Origin: Flavobacteriales bacterium
GTDB lineage: Bacteria; Bacteroidota; Bacteroidia; Flavobacteriales; BACL11
Assembly: GCA_947502765.1 (NCBI GenBank)
Contig: CANNBA010000002.1
Span: 15,672-79,671, forward strand
Direction of reading: 5' to 3'
DNA: 64,000 bases
Made by a program: the position numbers and the translations under genes. Each line of letters starts with the position of its first letter. Positions within the stretch are counted from its first letter, which is position 1. Below are positions 43,166-53,706 of the stretch, piece after piece. The notes beneath the pieces were generated by a model. That model did not search any database and was not told where the DNA came from. It was given only the letters and a program-made list of their open reading frames with translations.

Positions 43166-43716
43166 TGCAATTTATAGAAAATTTAAAACAAAAAGTTGGA
43201 AAGTGGGTTTTTCAAAGAGACCTTAAAACAAATATGCGAACTAAGGAGGCTTGCAATCTTAAAGATGCAAAATCTATCGGTATTTTATATGATGCCACAT
43301 CAGAAGAGCAGATTAAAGTAATTAAACCTTTTGTTTCCTATTTTTTTGATTTAAAGAAAGACGTAAAGGCATTGGGCTTTGTAAATTCAAAGCAATTATC
43401 TTATTGCCATGTCCCTAAGTTGCAGTATGATTTCTTTTATAAAAAGGATTTGAATTGGTACTATAAACCACAAAATTACATTATTGATAATTTTATTAAA
43501 AAGGAGTATGATATTCTCATCAATTTATGTGATAGCAGTGTTATTCCTATAAAATATTTAGTAGCTAGTTCAATTGCACATTTTAAGATAGGAATTTATG
43601 AAGACAATTATGAAATTTATGATTTGATGTTATCTTTAAAAGATGATAAAAGCATGGAAAAATTGATGCATGAAATAAAACATTATATTAATTTAATTAA
43701 TAAGAAAGATGGATAA
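43165..43716 (+). CDS. conserved hypothetical protein (DUF6913-like)
   Basis: KDLNWYYKP, YDILINL, AHFKIG; usual position upstream of dapA in Bacteroidota. Confidence 0.65.
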
Positions 43717-44578
43717 GGTTAAAGGTACAGGCGTTGCTTTAGTTACCCCTTTTAATAACGATAAATCGGTAGATTATAAAGGATTAGAAAATTTGTTAAA
43801 TCATGTGATTAATGGTGGGGTTGATTATTTGGTTTTAATGGGCACTACTGGTGAAAGTACTACTTTATCAAAATCTGAAAGAATTGAAGTGGTTGATTTT
43901 TGCAAGAAAATAAATAATGGAAGATTACCTATTGTCTTAGGAATTGGAGGCAATAACACTATGCAAGTAGTTGCTGATATTAAAGCTGCAAATTTAGAGA
44001 ATGTTGATGCGATTCTTTCGGTTTCCCCTGCATATAATAAACCTTCACAAGAGGGTATTTATCAGCATTATAAAATGATTTCAGAATCTAGTCCACTACC
44101 AATCATTGTATATAATGTTCCTGGAAGAACTTCAAGTAATATATCTGCTGCAACTACAGTGCGATTGGCTAGTGATTTTAAAAATATAGTTGGAGTAAAA
44201 GAGGCTTCTGGAGATATGGATCAAATTATGAAAATATTAAAAAATAAACCTGCTGATTTTGTGGTGCTCTCTGGAGATGATGGATTAACATTGCCTATGA
44301 TATACATGGGTGCTGAGGGGGTAATATCAGTAATTGGTCAGTCGCATCCTAAAGATTTTTCTGATATGGTTTCCTTTGGTTTATCAGGACATAAGAAACT
44401 TGCAAATCAAATTCACTATAAATTGTATGATTTTTATGGGCCTCTTTATGCAGAGGGAAATCCTGTAGGGGTAAAAGCATGCTTGGAAATGCTAGGAATT
44501 TGTAAAGCAGTTGTTCGCCTTCCGCTTGTTGAGGCAAGTAATACAATAAAAAATGAACTGACAAAATTATTACATTAA
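43709..44578 (+). CDS. dapA: 4-hydroxy-tetrahydrodipicolinate synthase
   Basis: ALVTPF, GTTGES, YNVPGRT, GVKEASG. Confidence 0.97.
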   Translation: MDKVKGTGVALVTPFNNDKSVDYKGLENLLNHVINGGVDYLVLMGTTGESTTLSKSERIEVVDFCKKINNGRLPIVLGIGGNNTMQVVADIKAANLENVDAILSVSPAYNKPSQEGIYQHYKMISESSPLPIIVYNVPGRTSSNISAATTVRLASDFKNIVGVKEASGDMDQIMKILKNKPADFVVLSGDDGLTLPMIYMGAEGVISVIGQSHPKDFSDMVSFGLSGHKKLANQIHYKLYDFYGPLYAEGNPVGVKACLEMLGICKAVVRLPLVEASNTIKNELTKLLH

Positions 44579-45111
44579 TGAAAAACTTAATTTTAGGCAT
44601 AATGGGTTTATTTTCTTTTTCTAATAGTTATACCCAAGAATCCATTTATGATATAACCATCAATGATATTCAGGGAAATCCTGTTGATTTAAATAAGTTT
44701 AAAGGAAAGCATATTCTTTTTGTAAATGTGGCTTCAGAGTGTGGTTTTACCTCACAATATGAAGAGATGGAGCAGTTGCATCAAAAGTACAAAGACAAAT
44801 TAGTTGTTATTGGTCTGCCTTGCAATCAGTTTGGAGGTCAGGAGCCTGGATCAGCAAAAGAGATTCAGCAATTTTGTGCTAAAAACTATGGTGTTAGTTT
44901 TTTACTTACTGAAAAAATTAAAGTCAAATCAGAGGGTCAACATAAGCTTTACCGATGGTTAACAACTGAAAAATTAAACGGAAAATCTAGTTCTTCAGTA
45001 AAATGGAATTTTCAAAAATATATTGTAAGCCCAAAAGGAGAGCTAGTTGACTACTTTTACTCTACTACAAATCCAATGAGTCCAAAAATCACTTCCATAT
45101 TAAAACAATAA
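44578..45111 (+). CDS. Cys-type glutathione peroxidase with N-terminal signal-like segment
   Basis: NVASECGFT (TGT, Cys), PCNQFGGQEPG, KWNFQKY. Confidence 0.93.
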   Translation: MKNLILGIMGLFSFSNSYTQESIYDITINDIQGNPVDLNKFKGKHILFVNVASECGFTSQYEEMEQLHQKYKDKLVVIGLPCNQFGGQEPGSAKEIQQFCAKNYGVSFLLTEKIKVKSEGQHKLYRWLTTEKLNGKSSSSVKWNFQKYIVSPKGELVDYFYSTTNPMSPKITSILKQ

Positions 45112-45172
45112 ATTTAAATTAGTATAGTTTACTAGATACAAAAATAATTTAGGAATATCCAAGTATACCCTT

Positions 45173-45180
45173 TATCTTTG
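45173..45180 (+). promoter_or_regulatory. -7 promoter element (TATCTTTG) for the bamD-rpoZ-coaBC-porD-recN operon
   Basis: Consensus match; overlaps the spurious TTG start of the ORF call. Confidence 0.65.
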
Positions 45181-45195
45181 CAGGCCATTAAAATT

Positions 45196-46008
45196 ATGAT
45201 AAGAATTTTTTTAAAAATATTAGCAGCAACTTTTCTTATAAGTTCATGTGGAAAATATCAGAAAGTACTTAAAAGTGAGGATTACAATTATAAGTATGAA
45301 CAAGCTGTTATATATTATGAAAATGAAGATTACAATAGAGCTATGCCTTTGTTTAATGAGCTCTCTACGGTTATGAAAGGAACCTCTAAAATACAAGAAG
45401 TCAGCTTCTATTATGCGTATTGTAATTATTCCACAGGAGATAATTTGATGGCAGCATATCTTTTTAGAAATTATACAATAAACTTTCCTAATAGTAAGCA
45501 CACTGAGGAATGTGCTTATATGGGGGCGTATTGTTATTATAATGAGGCTCCTGCTTATTCTTTAGATGCTACAAATACCCATAGAGCCATTAAAGAGCTT
45601 CAATCATTTATTGATAGATATCCAACAAGTAATAGAGTAGAAAAATGCAATGAATTAATTGATGAATTAAGAGCTAAACTATCTTTAAAAGCTTTTGAAA
45701 ATGCTAAGCAGTATTACACCACTTCAAATTATAAATCAGCAATTATTGCTTTGGATAATGTACTGATTGATTTTCCTTCATTCAATAATAGAGAAGAAGT
45801 GCATTTCTTGATTGTAAAAGCTACTTATTTACTTGCTATTAATAGTATTAGCACTAAAGTAGAAGAAAGACTTCAAGCAACTTTGGAAGCATATACGCAT
45901 TTTAAAGATAATTACCCAGAGAGCACTTATTTAAAAGAATTAGAGACAACTTATAACAAAACACAAACAACTTTAACTGAACTAAAACAAAATAAAGATG
46001 AAATTTAA
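45196..46008 (+). CDS. bamD: outer-membrane assembly lipoprotein BamD (start moved to 45196)
   Basis: Lipobox FLISSC, YQKVLKS, TPRs, SLDATNT..AI..LQ.FI..YP.S; upstream of rpoZ. Confidence 0.9.
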   Translation: MIRIFLKILAATFLISSCGKYQKVLKSEDYNYKYEQAVIYYENEDYNRAMPLFNELSTVMKGTSKIQEVSFYYAYCNYSTGDNLMAAYLFRNYTINFPNSKHTEECAYMGAYCYYNEAPAYSLDATNTHRAIKELQSFIDRYPTSNRVEKCNELIDELRAKLSLKAFENAKQYYTTSNYKSAIIALDNVLIDFPSFNNREEVHFLIVKATYLLAINSISTKVEERLQATLEAYTHFKDNYPESTYLKELETTYNKTQTTLTELKQNKDEI

Positions 46009-46336
46009 AAACACAGGAGCTGCTAAAACTACAATAACTAGAGATGTAAACGATTTTATGGATAAAACTGACAATATTTTTAAGGCGGTATCTATAATGG
46101 CGAAAAGGTCTTCACAAGTAAATGAGAAAATGAAAGATGAGTTGATGGAAAAATTAAAAGAATTTGAACTTTCACAAGATCAACTTGATGAAGTTTTTGA
46201 AAATAAAGAACAGATTGCAGTTTCAAAGTTTTACGAAAGTTTACCAAAACCGTGGGCTATTGCAATGCAAGAGTTTTTAAATGATGAGCTTTATATTAGA
46301 GATCAAAACACATCAGAAGATAAGAATGAACTCTAA
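45998..46336 (+). CDS. rpoZ: RNA polymerase omega subunit
   Basis: TTITRD, AKRSSQ, EVFENKEQIAVSKFYESLPKP (Bacteroidota omega); bamD-rpoZ-coaBC synteny. Confidence 0.9.
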   Translation: MKFKNTGAAKTTITRDVNDFMDKTDNIFKAVSIMAKRSSQVNEKMKDELMEKLKEFELSQDQLDEVFENKEQIAVSKFYESLPKPWAIAMQEFLNDELYIRDQNTSEDKNEL

Positions 46337-47533
46337 ATGCTTAAAGGAAAAAAAGTATTATTAGGTGTAACAGCAAGTATTGCAGCTTATAAAACAGCAG
46401 AACTTGTTCGGTTATTCAAAAAAGCAGGAGCTTCAGTTAAAGTAATTCAAACTGAGGCTTCTTTGCATTTTGTGACTCCTTTAACACTTGCTACTTTATC
46501 TGAAAACCCAGTTCTGTCAAAAATGGTTGATGCTGATAGTGGAGAGTGGAACAACCATGTTGATTTGGGTTTATGGGCTGATTTTATGGTTGTGGCTCCT
46601 CTTACTGCAAATACTATGGCTAAAATGACAACAGGAGAGTGTGATAATTTGCTTTTAGCAACTTATTTATCAGCTAAATATCCTGTTTATTTTGCTCCTG
46701 CTATGGATTTGGATATGTATAAGCATCCCTCTACCTTATATAATATTGAAAAATTGCAGTCTTTTGGTAATATTTTGATTCCATCAGGATTTGGAGAGCT
46801 GGCTAGCGGTTTAGTTGGTGAGGGCAGAATGGCTGAACCTTCAGAAATTATCGAACACATAATTGCAGATTTATCAAAGGACTTGCCCTTATCAAATAAA
46901 GAAGTATTAATTACAGCTGGGCCTACTTATGAAGCAATTGATCCTGTTCGTTTTATAGGCAATCGCTCATCTGGTAAAATGGGTATTGAATTGGCTTTAG
47001 AATGTGCTAAAAATGGAGCAAAAGTTAATCTTGTTTTAGGCCCTTCGCATATTGCCGTAAAACACTCTAATATTAGTGTTAGTAAGGTGGAATCCGCTAG
47101 TGAAATGCTTAAAATAGTAAATAGTTATTTTAAAAGTTCAGATATCGCAATATTTGCTGCTGCTGTTGCTGATTACACGCCTAGTATTGTTGCAAAAAAT
47201 AAGATAAAAAAATCAGATGAAAAACTTACAATATCACTTTTAAAAAATACTGATATTTTATCAGAAATGGCATTGAAGAAAACGGCTTTACAATTTGTAG
47301 TTGGTTTTGCTTTAGAAACCGAGAATGAATTAGAAAATGCAAAAGAGAAACTTAAAAGTAAAAATCTTGATATGATTGTGCTTAACTCCTTAAATAATAA
47401 AGGAGCTGGTTTTGAGCACAACACAAATAAAATCACTATTATTGATAAGCAAAATAATATTTTTGATTTTGAGTTAAAAGATAAGTCAGAAGTCGCAAAA
47501 GATATTATTGCAAAAATTATTGAACTAAGCTAA
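46337..47533 (+). CDS. coaBC: phosphopantothenoylcysteine decarboxylase/ligase
   Basis: SIAAYK, APAMD, GRMAEP, TAGPT.E.IDPVRFIGNRSSGKMG, GFALET. Confidence 0.97.
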   Translation: MLKGKKVLLGVTASIAAYKTAELVRLFKKAGASVKVIQTEASLHFVTPLTLATLSENPVLSKMVDADSGEWNNHVDLGLWADFMVVAPLTANTMAKMTTGECDNLLLATYLSAKYPVYFAPAMDLDMYKHPSTLYNIEKLQSFGNILIPSGFGELASGLVGEGRMAEPSEIIEHIIADLSKDLPLSNKEVLITAGPTYEAIDPVRFIGNRSSGKMGIELALECAKNGAKVNLVLGPSHIAVKHSNISVSKVESASEMLKIVNSYFKSSDIAIFAAAVADYTPSIVAKNKIKKSDEKLTISLLKNTDILSEMALKKTALQFVVGFALETENELENAKEKLKSKNLDMIVLNSLNNKGAGFEHNTNKITIIDKQNNIFDFELKDKSEVAKDIIAKIIELS

Positions 47534-48447
47534 TGAAAAAAACACTTCTCTTATTGTTAGTTTTAGCATTTTCATTTATGGTTAATGCTCAAGAGCTCCT
47601 ATGTAATGTAAACGTTAATGCCTCACAAGTTCAAACTAGTGATAGGAAAGTTTTTCAAACAATGCAAACAGAAATCTATGAATTTATAAATAATAGACTA
47701 TGGACATCTACTAAAATAGAGAATGAAGAGCGCATTGAATGCACCATAATGATTAATATTACCAAGCAGATTTCCAATGATGAATATGAAGGTTCTATTC
47801 AGATTCAGAGTACTAGGCCTATTTTTGGCACTTCCTATAAATCTACGCTTTTTAATTATTTAGATAATAATTTCAAGTTTAAATATTTAGAGTATCAATC
47901 TTTAGAATTTTCTGATGCCACTCATATGTCTAACTTAACATCAGTATTAGCATTTTACATAAACATCATTTTAGGCTTGGACTTTGCTACTTTCTCAGAA
48001 GAAGGGGGAAACGAGTATTTTAATATCGCTCAAAGGATCGTAACTAATGCTCAAAATGCACCAGATCCAGGTTGGAAAGCATTTGAGAGTGATAAAAATC
48101 GTTATTGGTTAGCTCATGATTTATTGGACTCAAGATATTCAGATTTTCATACGGTCATGTATCGTTATCATAGAGAGGGATTAGACAAATTAGGTGAAGA
48201 ACCTGAAGATGCTAGATTTGAAATTACAGAAGCCCTAGAGAGCTTAAAGAGTATTTATAGGCAAAATTCCTCTGCTTTTGTTTTAAAACTATTCTTTGAT
48301 GCAAAGACAGATGAGATAGTTAATATTTACTCTGGAGCTTTTGCTAATGAACAAGCTAGAATTATTAAAACTTTAGTTGAAATTGACCCTTTACATTCTA
48401 CCAAGTACGAATCGATTTCTCAGCAAGAATCAGAATCAGAGAGATGA
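47533..48447 (+). CDS. porD: DUF4835 family / T9SS-associated PorD
   Basis: AQELLCNV, EERIEC, QSTRPIFGTSY, YRYHREGLD, FFDAKTDE; between coaBC and recN. Confidence 0.78.
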   Translation: MKKTLLLLLVLAFSFMVNAQELLCNVNVNASQVQTSDRKVFQTMQTEIYEFINNRLWTSTKIENEERIECTIMINITKQISNDEYEGSIQIQSTRPIFGTSYKSTLFNYLDNNFKFKYLEYQSLEFSDATHMSNLTSVLAFYINIILGLDFATFSEEGGNEYFNIAQRIVTNAQNAPDPGWKAFESDKNRYWLAHDLLDSRYSDFHTVMYRYHREGLDKLGEEPEDARFEITEALESLKSIYRQNSSAFVLKLFFDAKTDEIVNIYSGAFANEQARIIKTLVEIDPLHSTKYESISQQESESER

Positions 48448-50081
48448 TAAAAAACCTTAAAATTAAAAATTATACTTTATTAAAAGATGTGAGTATAGAT
48501 TTTAAAAAAGGTTTTACTGTTGTTTCTGGTGAAACAGGGGCAGGAAAATCTATTATGCTTGATGCGCTTGCTTTGCTATTAGGAAAAAGAGTGGAACGAT
48601 TTTCAGTAGATAAGACTTCTTCTAAAGCGATAATTGAAGCTAGCTTTAGTATTGAAAAATCAAAACTTGCCTTTTTTGAGAGAAATAATCTTGATTTTCA
48701 AGAGCTAACAGTGGTTAGGAGAGAGCTGACCTCTGATGGAAAAAGCCGTGCTTTTATAAATGATACCCCTGTTTTACTTAATGTACTTACAGAATTTGGA
48801 AATCAAATCATTGAAATTCATGCCCAACATCAATCGATCTTGCTAAAAGATGAGATTGCTCAGTTTGCTTTGATTGATGAGTTGGCTAAATCAGAAAAAG
48901 TGCTTTTGGCTTACCAAAAAGAATTACAAACTTACAATCAACTTCATACACAGTTGACTCTAATTAAAAAATCAGGTAGTTTATCAGATTCTGAATTGGA
49001 TTTTCTGCAATATCAATTGGAAGAATTAGAAAGCTGTAATTTAAAAGTAGGAGAGAAGGAAAATATTGAAGAGCAGATTTCACTTTTGGAAAATGTTGAA
49101 GGGATTGCAAGTGCAATTTCTGAGAGTGAGGAATATCTAAATAATGAGCAGGGGATCTTGTCTCAACTCACAAATATAAAAAAAAAACTATTAGAATTCG
49201 ATACTTTTGCGGAGCTATATGCACGAGTTGAAAGTGTGATTATTGAATTAAATGATGTGAGTTCCGATCTTTCTTCTTTAAATAATAAACTAAAATCAAA
49301 CCCAGAGCAGTTGCTTAGTTTTAATAACAGGTTAGATGTTATTAATAAGCTATTACAAAAACACAGAAAAAATGCTGTAGAAGATTTACTTATTTATCAG
49401 CAAGAAATTAAAGAAAAAATCAAACTTTCAGGATCATTTGAAGTAGCGCTTGAAAAAAAGAAAAATCAGATAGAAAATCAATTTTTGATTTTGAAAAAAT
49501 CCGCATCCATTTTAAATGATACACGCAATAAGATTTTACCTGGTCTCAAAAAAGATATAGAAAATCATTTAAAGAATTTAGGAATGCCTTACGCACAGTT
49601 TATGGCCGTGTTTAGTGAAAGTGATAGTTATCATAAATTTGGCAATACTTCAATTTCTTTTCTTTTTTCAGCAAATAAGGGCAGTTCTTTATTAGAAATA
49701 TCAAAAGTTGCTTCTGGGGGTGAATTATCAAGACTTATGTTAGCTATAAAATATATTTCTGCAAAATCATCAGAAGTAGATGCTTTGGTTTTTGATGAAA
49801 TTGACATAGGAGTAAGTGGAGAAATAGCTGCATTGATGGGTAATATGATGCAAGAAATAAGCAAATCTACTCAGCTTATAGCAATTTCTCATTTGCCTCA
49901 GATTGCATCAAAGGCGGACGAACATCTTAAGGTAGTAAAATCAGTTGTTGGTAATGAAACTATATCAGATGTAATAAGTTTAAATAAAGAGCAAAGGGTA
50001 GAGGAAATTGCAAAATTATTAAGTGGCAAAGAAGTTACTTCAGCAGCTTTTGAAAATGCAAGAGTATTATTAAATCAATAA
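48444..50081 (+). CDS. recN: DNA repair protein RecN
   Basis: GETGAGKS, KSRAFIND, ASGGELSR, FDEID, SHLPQIA. Confidence 0.96.
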   Translation: MIKNLKIKNYTLLKDVSIDFKKGFTVVSGETGAGKSIMLDALALLLGKRVERFSVDKTSSKAIIEASFSIEKSKLAFFERNNLDFQELTVVRRELTSDGKSRAFINDTPVLLNVLTEFGNQIIEIHAQHQSILLKDEIAQFALIDELAKSEKVLLAYQKELQTYNQLHTQLTLIKKSGSLSDSELDFLQYQLEELESCNLKVGEKENIEEQISLLENVEGIASAISESEEYLNNEQGILSQLTNIKKKLLEFDTFAELYARVESVIIELNDVSSDLSSLNNKLKSNPEQLLSFNNRLDVINKLLQKHRKNAVEDLLIYQQEIKEKIKLSGSFEVALEKKKNQIENQFLILKKSASILNDTRNKILPGLKKDIENHLKNLGMPYAQFMAVFSESDSYHKFGNTSISFLFSANKGSSLLEISKVASGGELSRLMLAIKYISAKSSEVDALVFDEIDIGVSGEIAALMGNMMQEISKSTQLIAISHLPQIASKADEHLKVVKSVVGNETISDVISLNKEQRVEEIAKLLSGKEVTSAAFENARVLLNQ

Positions 50082-50110
50082 TTTTATATTTGTAAAATAA
50101 ATTACAGAAA

Positions 50111-50950
50111 ATGGCAAATAATATTTTAAACGGTAAGAGAGGCATCATATTTGGAGCATTAGACAGTAAATCTATAGCTTGGAAGGTTGCTGAACATGCT
50201 CATAATGAAGGGGCGAAATTTGTTTTAACAAATGCACCAATTGCTTTGCGTATGGGAACAATTCATGAACTAGCTGAAAAAACAGGTTCAAAAGTTATAC
50301 CAGCTGATGCCACTTCAATGGAGGATTTAAAAGCCCTTTATGAAGGTGCAATGGAAGAACTTGGTGGTAAGATTGATTTTGTACTCCATTCTATTGGTAT
50401 GTCAGTAAATGTTAGAAAAGGCAAGCCTTATTACGAGCAAAATTATGATTGGACTATGAAGGGTTATGATGTATCGGCAATGTCATTTCATAAGACCATG
50501 CAGGCTGCCTGGGAATTAGATGCTTTAAATGAGTGGGGCTCAGTAATAGGACTTTCCTATATTGCAGCTCAAAGAGTGTTTCATACTTATAATGATATGG
50601 CAGATAATAAGGCTGTTTTGGAGTCGATTGCTAGAAGTTTTGGGTATCATTATGGATTAAGAAGAAAGGTTAGGGTAAATACTATTTCTCAATCTCCAAC
50701 AGATACTACTGCTGGTAGTGGAGTGGCTGGATTTGATGGTTTTTATAGGTTTGCTAATGATTTATCTCCTTTAGGAAATGCATCAGCTGATGAGTGTGCT
50801 GATTATTGTATTTCATTGTTCTCTGATTATACAAGAAAAGTAACTATGCAAAACTTATTCCATGATGGAGGGTTTTCATTTACCGGTATGAGCGAAACAG
50901 CAATGAACATGTATCTTAAAGTAATGGAAGATGAAAAAAAAGGTTTATAA
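50111..50950 (+). CDS. fabI: enoyl-ACP reductase
   Basis: GALDSKSIAW, HSIGMS, YNDMADNK, VTMQNLFHDGG; TATATTTG promoter at 50085-50092. Confidence 0.93.
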   Translation: MANNILNGKRGIIFGALDSKSIAWKVAEHAHNEGAKFVLTNAPIALRMGTIHELAEKTGSKVIPADATSMEDLKALYEGAMEELGGKIDFVLHSIGMSVNVRKGKPYYEQNYDWTMKGYDVSAMSFHKTMQAAWELDALNEWGSVIGLSYIAAQRVFHTYNDMADNKAVLESIARSFGYHYGLRRKVRVNTISQSPTDTTAGSGVAGFDGFYRFANDLSPLGNASADECADYCISLFSDYTRKVTMQNLFHDGGFSFTGMSETAMNMYLKVMEDEKKGL

Positions 50951-50962
50951 AATTAACAGAAG

Positions 50963-50998
50963 TAGAAGGGGGAAAATTACCCTTCTAATTTCTTTTTT
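50963..50998 (+). terminator. putative terminator after fabI, overlapping the clpC 3' end
   Basis: TAGAAGGG/CCCTTCTA 8-bp stem followed by ATTTCTTTTTT. Confidence 0.55.
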
Positions 50999-53514
50999 CC
51001 CTTAGCTTTAGGTTTTGATATTTTCATTTCCAAAGTAGTCTTTTCTTTACTCAAACTCACTTGAATCATATCTCCTTCTTTTATTTGGGCGTTAATAATT
51101 TCTTCAGATAAAGGGTCTTCAAAGTATTTTTGAATAGCTCGCTTTAGTGGTCTTGCTCCAAATTTTGCATCAAATCCTTTTTCGGCAATAAAATCTTTAG
51201 CTGCTTCAGATATTTTCACGGTATATCCTAAAGTTTCAATCCGTTTTAGTAAATTATTCATCTCAATATCAATAATTTGATTGATATCTTCTTTATTTAA
51301 ACTGTTGAAAATAATAACATCATCAATTCTATTTAGAAACTCAGGCGAAAAAGCTCTTTTTAGAGCCTTCTCTATTACTCCATTGTTATTATCGACACTA
51401 TTTGTTTGTTTAGCTAAAGTGTTGAATCCTATTCCTTGGCCAAAATCCTTTAATTCTCTTGCGCCAATATTAGAAGTCATAATAATTATGGTGTTTTTAA
51501 AACTTATTTTTCTACCTAAACTATCAGTCATTTGACCATCATCTAGCGCTTGTAATAATAGATTGAAAACATCAGGATGTGCTTTTTCAATTTCATCAAG
51601 TAATATTACAGAATAAGGCTTTCTTCTTACCTGTTCAGTAAGTTGTCCTCCTTCTTCATAGCCAACATATCCAGGGGGAGCTCCAACCAATCTGCTTACT
51701 GCAAATTTTTCCATATATTCACTCATATCAATTCTAATAAGAGCTTCTTGAGAGTCAAATATCTCCTCAGATAATGCTTTTGTAAGTTGGGTTTTGCCCA
51801 CTCCAGTAGGGCCTAAAAAGATAAATGAGCCAATGGGCTTGCTTGGGTCTTTAAGTCCAACACGGTTTCTTCTAATGGCTCTTACAACCTTTTCTACGGC
51901 TTCATTTTGTCCAATAATTTTTCTTTTAATATTATCGCTCATTAAGGAAAGCTTTTTCCTTTCTTGGGAAGCTACTCTATTTACAGGAATTCCTGTCATT
52001 ATTGAAACAACATCTGCCACATCTTCCTCCGAAACTGTTTTTTTGTTTTGTTTTAACTCTTTTTCCCAAATATCTTGTGCATGGGCTAATTGAGCTTGGA
52101 GTTTCTTTTCAGCATCTCTTAGTTCAGCAGCAGCTTCAAATTTTTGTTTTTTTATTGCTTCTTTCTTTTCATCAGTTATAACGGATAGTTTCATTTCTAA
52201 TTTTGTAACGTGCTCTGGGGTCTCAATATTTGTTATGTGAACACGAGATCCCGCTTCATCTAATGCATCAATTGCTTTGTCTGGCAAAAATCTATCATTC
52301 ATGTATCTATCACTAAGAATAACACATGCTTTTATAGCATCATCAGTATACATTACATTATGATGTTCTTCATATTTGATTTTGATATTGTTGAGTATTT
52401 CAATAGTTTCGTTAATAGTTGTAGGATCAACTATAACTTTTTGGAATCTTCTTTCTAGAGCTCCATCTTTCTCAATATGCTGTCTGTATTCATCTAGTGT
52501 AGTTGCTCCAATACATTGGAGTTCCCCTTTTGCAAGGGCTGGCTTAAACATGTTTGAGGCATCTAATGAGCCAGAAGCTCCTCCGGCACCCACTAGAGTA
52601 TGTATTTCATCAATAAATAAAATGATGTCAGGGTTTTTTTCTAATTCACCAATTACACCTTTCATTCTTTCTTCAAACTGTCCTCTATATTTTGTTCCTG
52701 CAACTAATGCTGCAAGATCAAGCATTACCACTCTTTTGTTAAAGAGTACTCTAGAAACTTTCTTTTGTACTATCCTTAAAGCTAATCCTTCTGCAATAGC
52801 TGATTTACCAACTCCGGGCTCTCCAACTAAAATAGGATTATTCTTCTTTCTTCTACTAAGAATTTGTGATACTCTTTCAATTTCTTTTTGTCTTCCAACA
52901 ATAGGGTCTAATTTGCCTTCCATAGCGTACTTGCTAAGATCTCTTCCAAAATTATCTAAAACTGGGGTTGTACTTTTTGATGTTGTCTTTGATTTTTCAG
53001 GTGTGGTAGAACCAAAAATATCATCATCATTCTCACTTTCATCCATATCGTCATCTAAACTTGCTGAAAAGTCATTTTCAGACTGTCTTTCGTATTCATT
53101 AAGAATAATTTCATAATTAATATGAATATGTTCAAAGGCATTGGTAACAATATTATTAGGGTCTAAGAGTATAGCCAATAAAACATGAATTGTTTTAATT
53201 TCCGTGTCATTTAAATTCTTTTGTTCCATCATGGATTTTTTAAGAATTCTTTCTGTTTGTTTTTTAAATTCAATACTGTCTTTGTCGATATCTTTTCGGC
53301 TATCTCTTTTTGTAATTTTGTTTTCAATGATTACTCTTAAATCTTTAGGGTCAATGCCAAGTTTTTTTAGCACTCTAATTGCCGTGCCCTCACCCTCTCT
53401 TAATATTCCTAAAAACAAATGTTCAATACCAATACTCTCATCTCCCAATCTAAGAACTTCTTCCCTTACATAGGTAAACACATCTTTCATTCTGTTTGAA
53501 AATTCTGTTTTCAT
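50977..53514 (-). CDS. clpC: ATP-dependent Clp protease ATPase subunit
   Basis: Clp_N repeats, GEPGVGKS, UVR-like middle domain, GPTGVGKT, GARPL. Confidence 0.95.
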   Translation of the reverse strand: MKTEFSNRMKDVFTYVREEVLRLGDESIGIEHLFLGILREGEGTAIRVLKKLGIDPKDLRVIIENKITKRDSRKDIDKDSIEFKKQTERILKKSMMEQKNLNDTEIKTIHVLLAILLDPNNIVTNAFEHIHINYEIILNEYERQSENDFSASLDDDMDESENDDDIFGSTTPEKSKTTSKSTTPVLDNFGRDLSKYAMEGKLDPIVGRQKEIERVSQILSRRKKNNPILVGEPGVGKSAIAEGLALRIVQKKVSRVLFNKRVVMLDLAALVAGTKYRGQFEERMKGVIGELEKNPDIILFIDEIHTLVGAGGASGSLDASNMFKPALAKGELQCIGATTLDEYRQHIEKDGALERRFQKVIVDPTTINETIEILNNIKIKYEEHHNVMYTDDAIKACVILSDRYMNDRFLPDKAIDALDEAGSRVHITNIETPEHVTKLEMKLSVITDEKKEAIKKQKFEAAAELRDAEKKLQAQLAHAQDIWEKELKQNKKTVSEEDVADVVSIMTGIPVNRVASQERKKLSLMSDNIKRKIIGQNEAVEKVVRAIRRNRVGLKDPSKPIGSFIFLGPTGVGKTQLTKALSEEIFDSQEALIRIDMSEYMEKFAVSRLVGAPPGYVGYEEGGQLTEQVRRKPYSVILLDEIEKAHPDVFNLLLQALDDGQMTDSLGRKISFKNTIIIMTSNIGARELKDFGQGIGFNTLAKQTNSVDNNNGVIEKALKRAFSPEFLNRIDDVIIFNSLNKEDINQIIDIEMNNLLKRIETLGYTVKISEAAKDFIAEKGFDAKFGARPLKRAIQKYFEDPLSEEIINAQIKEGDMIQVSLSKEKTTLEMKISKPKAKGKKKLEG

Positions 53515-53706
53515 AATTTAATAGTTTAACATGATTAAAAATTTTTCGCAAGATACCGACTAAAATTGCAGTATTTCCAAATAAAAGATCTCCTTTTTTT
53601 AAACAAAAATTGTTTATAACTCACTACTTAAAAACAAAGCAATTTACTGTCTTAAAATACGAAAAATTCTTTTATTTGTTACTTAACTTTAAAAAAGATA
53701 AAAAAC

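Noticed and set aside
44578-45111. Selenocysteine glutathione peroxidase
   Set aside because: The active-site codon is TGT (Cys); no in-frame TGA.
49178-49187. Poly-A run in recN as a phase-variation tract
   Set aside because: In frame, encodes lysines; expected at this AT content.
52376-53116. 246-aa ORF antisense to clpC, and the other short antisense ORFs in the track
   Set aside because: Shadow frames of conserved genes with no recognisable motifs or start context.
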